From: Phormidium sp.
GTDB lineage: Bacteria > Cyanobacteriota > Cyanobacteriia > Cyanobacteriales > Aerosakkonemataceae
NCBI GenBank assembly: GCA_051013385.1
Contig: CP143273.1
Coordinates: 352,001 to 416,000 of the forward strand
Direction: 5' to 3'
DNA length: 64,000 nt
Shown piece after piece: positions 62,273 through 64,000 of this stretch (the first letter of the stretch is position 1; the number at the start of each line of letters is the position of its first letter). Both the position numbers and the translations under genes were made by a program. The notes under the pieces were generated by a model. That model ran no database searches. It was not told the origin of the DNA and was given only the letters and a program-made list of their open reading frames with translations.

Positions 62273-64000
62273 ATGGAGAACGAACAGCAACTTCAGAGAA
62301 TAACTATTCCAGCATCAGATCGTCGCTTTCCCAGGTTGCCCCAAGAGAATTATTCCCAATCCAGTAAGGATACGGATGACGAAGGGGGATTAAACCTGGG
62401 GCAGGTTGTAGATGTCCTACGTCGCAGAATTTTACTAATTGCTGGAATGGCTGTGATTGTTGCCGTTGCCTCTTCTGTGAGAGCGCGTGACACTAAACCG
62501 ACTTACCAAGCAAGTTTTGAGATTTTGACTAAGCCAGTTACAGTGGAAACCCAGGTTATTTCCTCTGTACCACAAACGCTCAGCAATAAAGAAGGACAGC
62601 AAGCGCCCGTCAAGGGAGTCGATCCCACTAAACTGAAAGTTTTGAAAAGCCCATCAGTTCTGTCTCCGATCGCGAAAAAACTCCAAACTAAATATCCCGA
62701 TATCGGTTATGACGAAATTTCCAGTAACCTAGTTGTCACTCCCAATCCAGAAAGTGAAATCTTGGAGGTGAGTTATAAAGACAAAGATCCAGAAAAAGTT
62801 AAAGCAATTCTAGACTTAGTTGCGGAAGCTTATTTGAAATATAGCTTGGAAGAACGTCTAGCCGATGTCCGCCAAGGTATTCAATTCGTGGATGCTCAAC
62901 TGCCCCAACTCCAAAAGCGAGTGGAAACTATTCAAGATCAGCTACAGAAATTTCGACAGCAGTACAACTTGATCGATCCAGACTCTCAAGGAAAACAAGT
63001 AACGGATCAGATAGCCAAGGTCGGGCAACAGCGATTTGATGTCCAAGTTAAACTCAATGAAATGCGAGCAATTTATGATAACTTGAGGCGGGAGTTAGCA
63101 AAACAAACAGATAGTACGGCAGCTTCCTCAGTATTAAGTGGAAATCCTAACTACCAGAAATTATTAAATCAGATCCAAGATATAAAAGCGCAGGCCGCAA
63201 GAGATGGTTCTGTGTTTGAAGAGATCAGCCCAAAAATTCAAGTCTTGCGAGAGCAAGAAAAAAATCTGCTGCCATTGTTAAAAAGTGAAGGGCAACGAGT
63301 AGAGGCAGAGCTAGCTGCAAAAATTCGCGAATTAGAAGCGCAGGAACAATTTTTTGCTAAAACAGAAAAAGATTTGATTCAGAGTATCAAACAATTATCA
63401 GCAGTTTCCCGTGAATATACTGATATTCAAAGGGAGTTAAAAATTGCGACCAACAACCTCGATCAATTTTTAACAAAACGGGAAGCCCTTCGCATTGATG
63501 CTGGACAACGGAAAACTCCTTGGCAAATCCTTACTCCTCCGTTAAGTCCAACGCCTTCTACGACTGATGTTAAGCGCAGCGGTATTTTAGGGGGTGTGCT
63601 GGGGCTGCTGCTTGGTGTGGGAATTGCGTTGCTACTAGAAAAACTCAGTAATGTTATTCGTTCTGCCGATCAAATTAAGTCGTTGAGTAAGCTACCAATT
63701 TTAGGGGTAATTCCTTACAACAAGGTAATCTCAGGAGAAAAGAAAGAGTTAATCTCTTTCCAAACGCTTGTTTCTCTGGTAAATTTACCTGGCTTTGTTA
63801 AGCAATTGCGGCAAAGGGTGGGTCTGAAGAGCGCTCATCAAGAGTTAATGGGTAATTACGCTAAATCTGCCTTTATCGAAGCTTTTCGATCGCTCTACAC
63901 CAACATCTTACTTCTGAGCCCCGATACGCGAATTCGATCGATCGTCATTAGTTCCTCTATGCCGGGAGAAGGCAAATCTACCCTGTCAATTTATTTGGCA
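62273..64000 (+). CDS. wzc: Wzc/GumC polysaccharide co-polymerase with BY-kinase domain (3' end outside window)
   Basis: Manual reading: MENEQQ...VLRRRILLI TM, coiled coil, second TM, EAFRSLYTN...SSMPGEGKST Walker A at the window end. Confidence 0.88.
   Translation, partial: MENEQQLQRITIPASDRRFPRLPQENYSQSSKDTDDEGGLNLGQVVDVLRRRILLIAGMAVIVAVASSVRARDTKPTYQASFEILTKPVTVETQVISSVPQTLSNKEGQQAPVKGVDPTKLKVLKSPSVLSPIAKKLQTKYPDIGYDEISSNLVVTPNPESEILEVSYKDKDPEKVKAILDLVAEAYLKYSLEERLADVRQGIQFVDAQLPQLQKRVETIQDQLQKFRQQYNLIDPDSQGKQVTDQIAKVGQQRFDVQVKLNEMRAIYDNLRRELAKQTDSTAASSVLSGNPNYQKLLNQIQDIKAQAARDGSVFEEISPKIQVLREQEKNLLPLLKSEGQRVEAELAAKIRELEAQEQFFAKTEKDLIQSIKQLSAVSREYTDIQRELKIATNNLDQFLTKREALRIDAGQRKTPWQILTPPLSPTPSTTDVKRSGILGGVLGLLLGVGIALLLEKLSNVIRSADQIKSLSKLPILGVIPYNKVISGEKKELISFQTLVSLVNLPGFVKQLRQRVGLKSAHQELMGNYAKSAFIEAFRSLYTNILLLSPDTRIRSIVISSSMPGEGKSTLSIYLA

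Overview
Chromosomal window from a cyanobacterium (abundant HIP1 GCGATCGC, STRR-type heptamer repeats, and sasA, sipA, ycf23, a group-2 sigma factor, a CurT-like and a CBCR-type GAF gene). Most of it is housekeeping: ldhA, cbiX with a cobalamin riboswitch, ampG, lexA with its own LexA box, argF, iscS, malQ/GH13/GT4, sasA, mutT, sigD-like, sucC, an mqo-like oxidoreductase, gcvT/H/P and the start of an EPS (wzc) locus. The most unusual region is 42.4-46.1 kb: short conflict-type genes (dual-OB protein, PIN/DUF433, DUF6883/DUF4926-like, antitoxin/RelE-ParE, an unknown gene) punctuated by four copies of a HIP1-bounded repeat, two of which supply the upstream gene's stop codon. It resembles a gene-cassette array, but no integrase is present in the window. 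Other notable items are two related 22-24 nt insertions into HIP1 cores (one frameshifts the PIN toxin, one is in frame in a DegT aminotransferase), a divergent QueC-like gene with an altered PP-loop, a split photolyase with inverted domain order, a REP-like palindrome inside gcvP, and a probable deletion scar joining two 5'-truncated genes at a CGATC core. All family calls come from motif recognition by eye; no searches were run.
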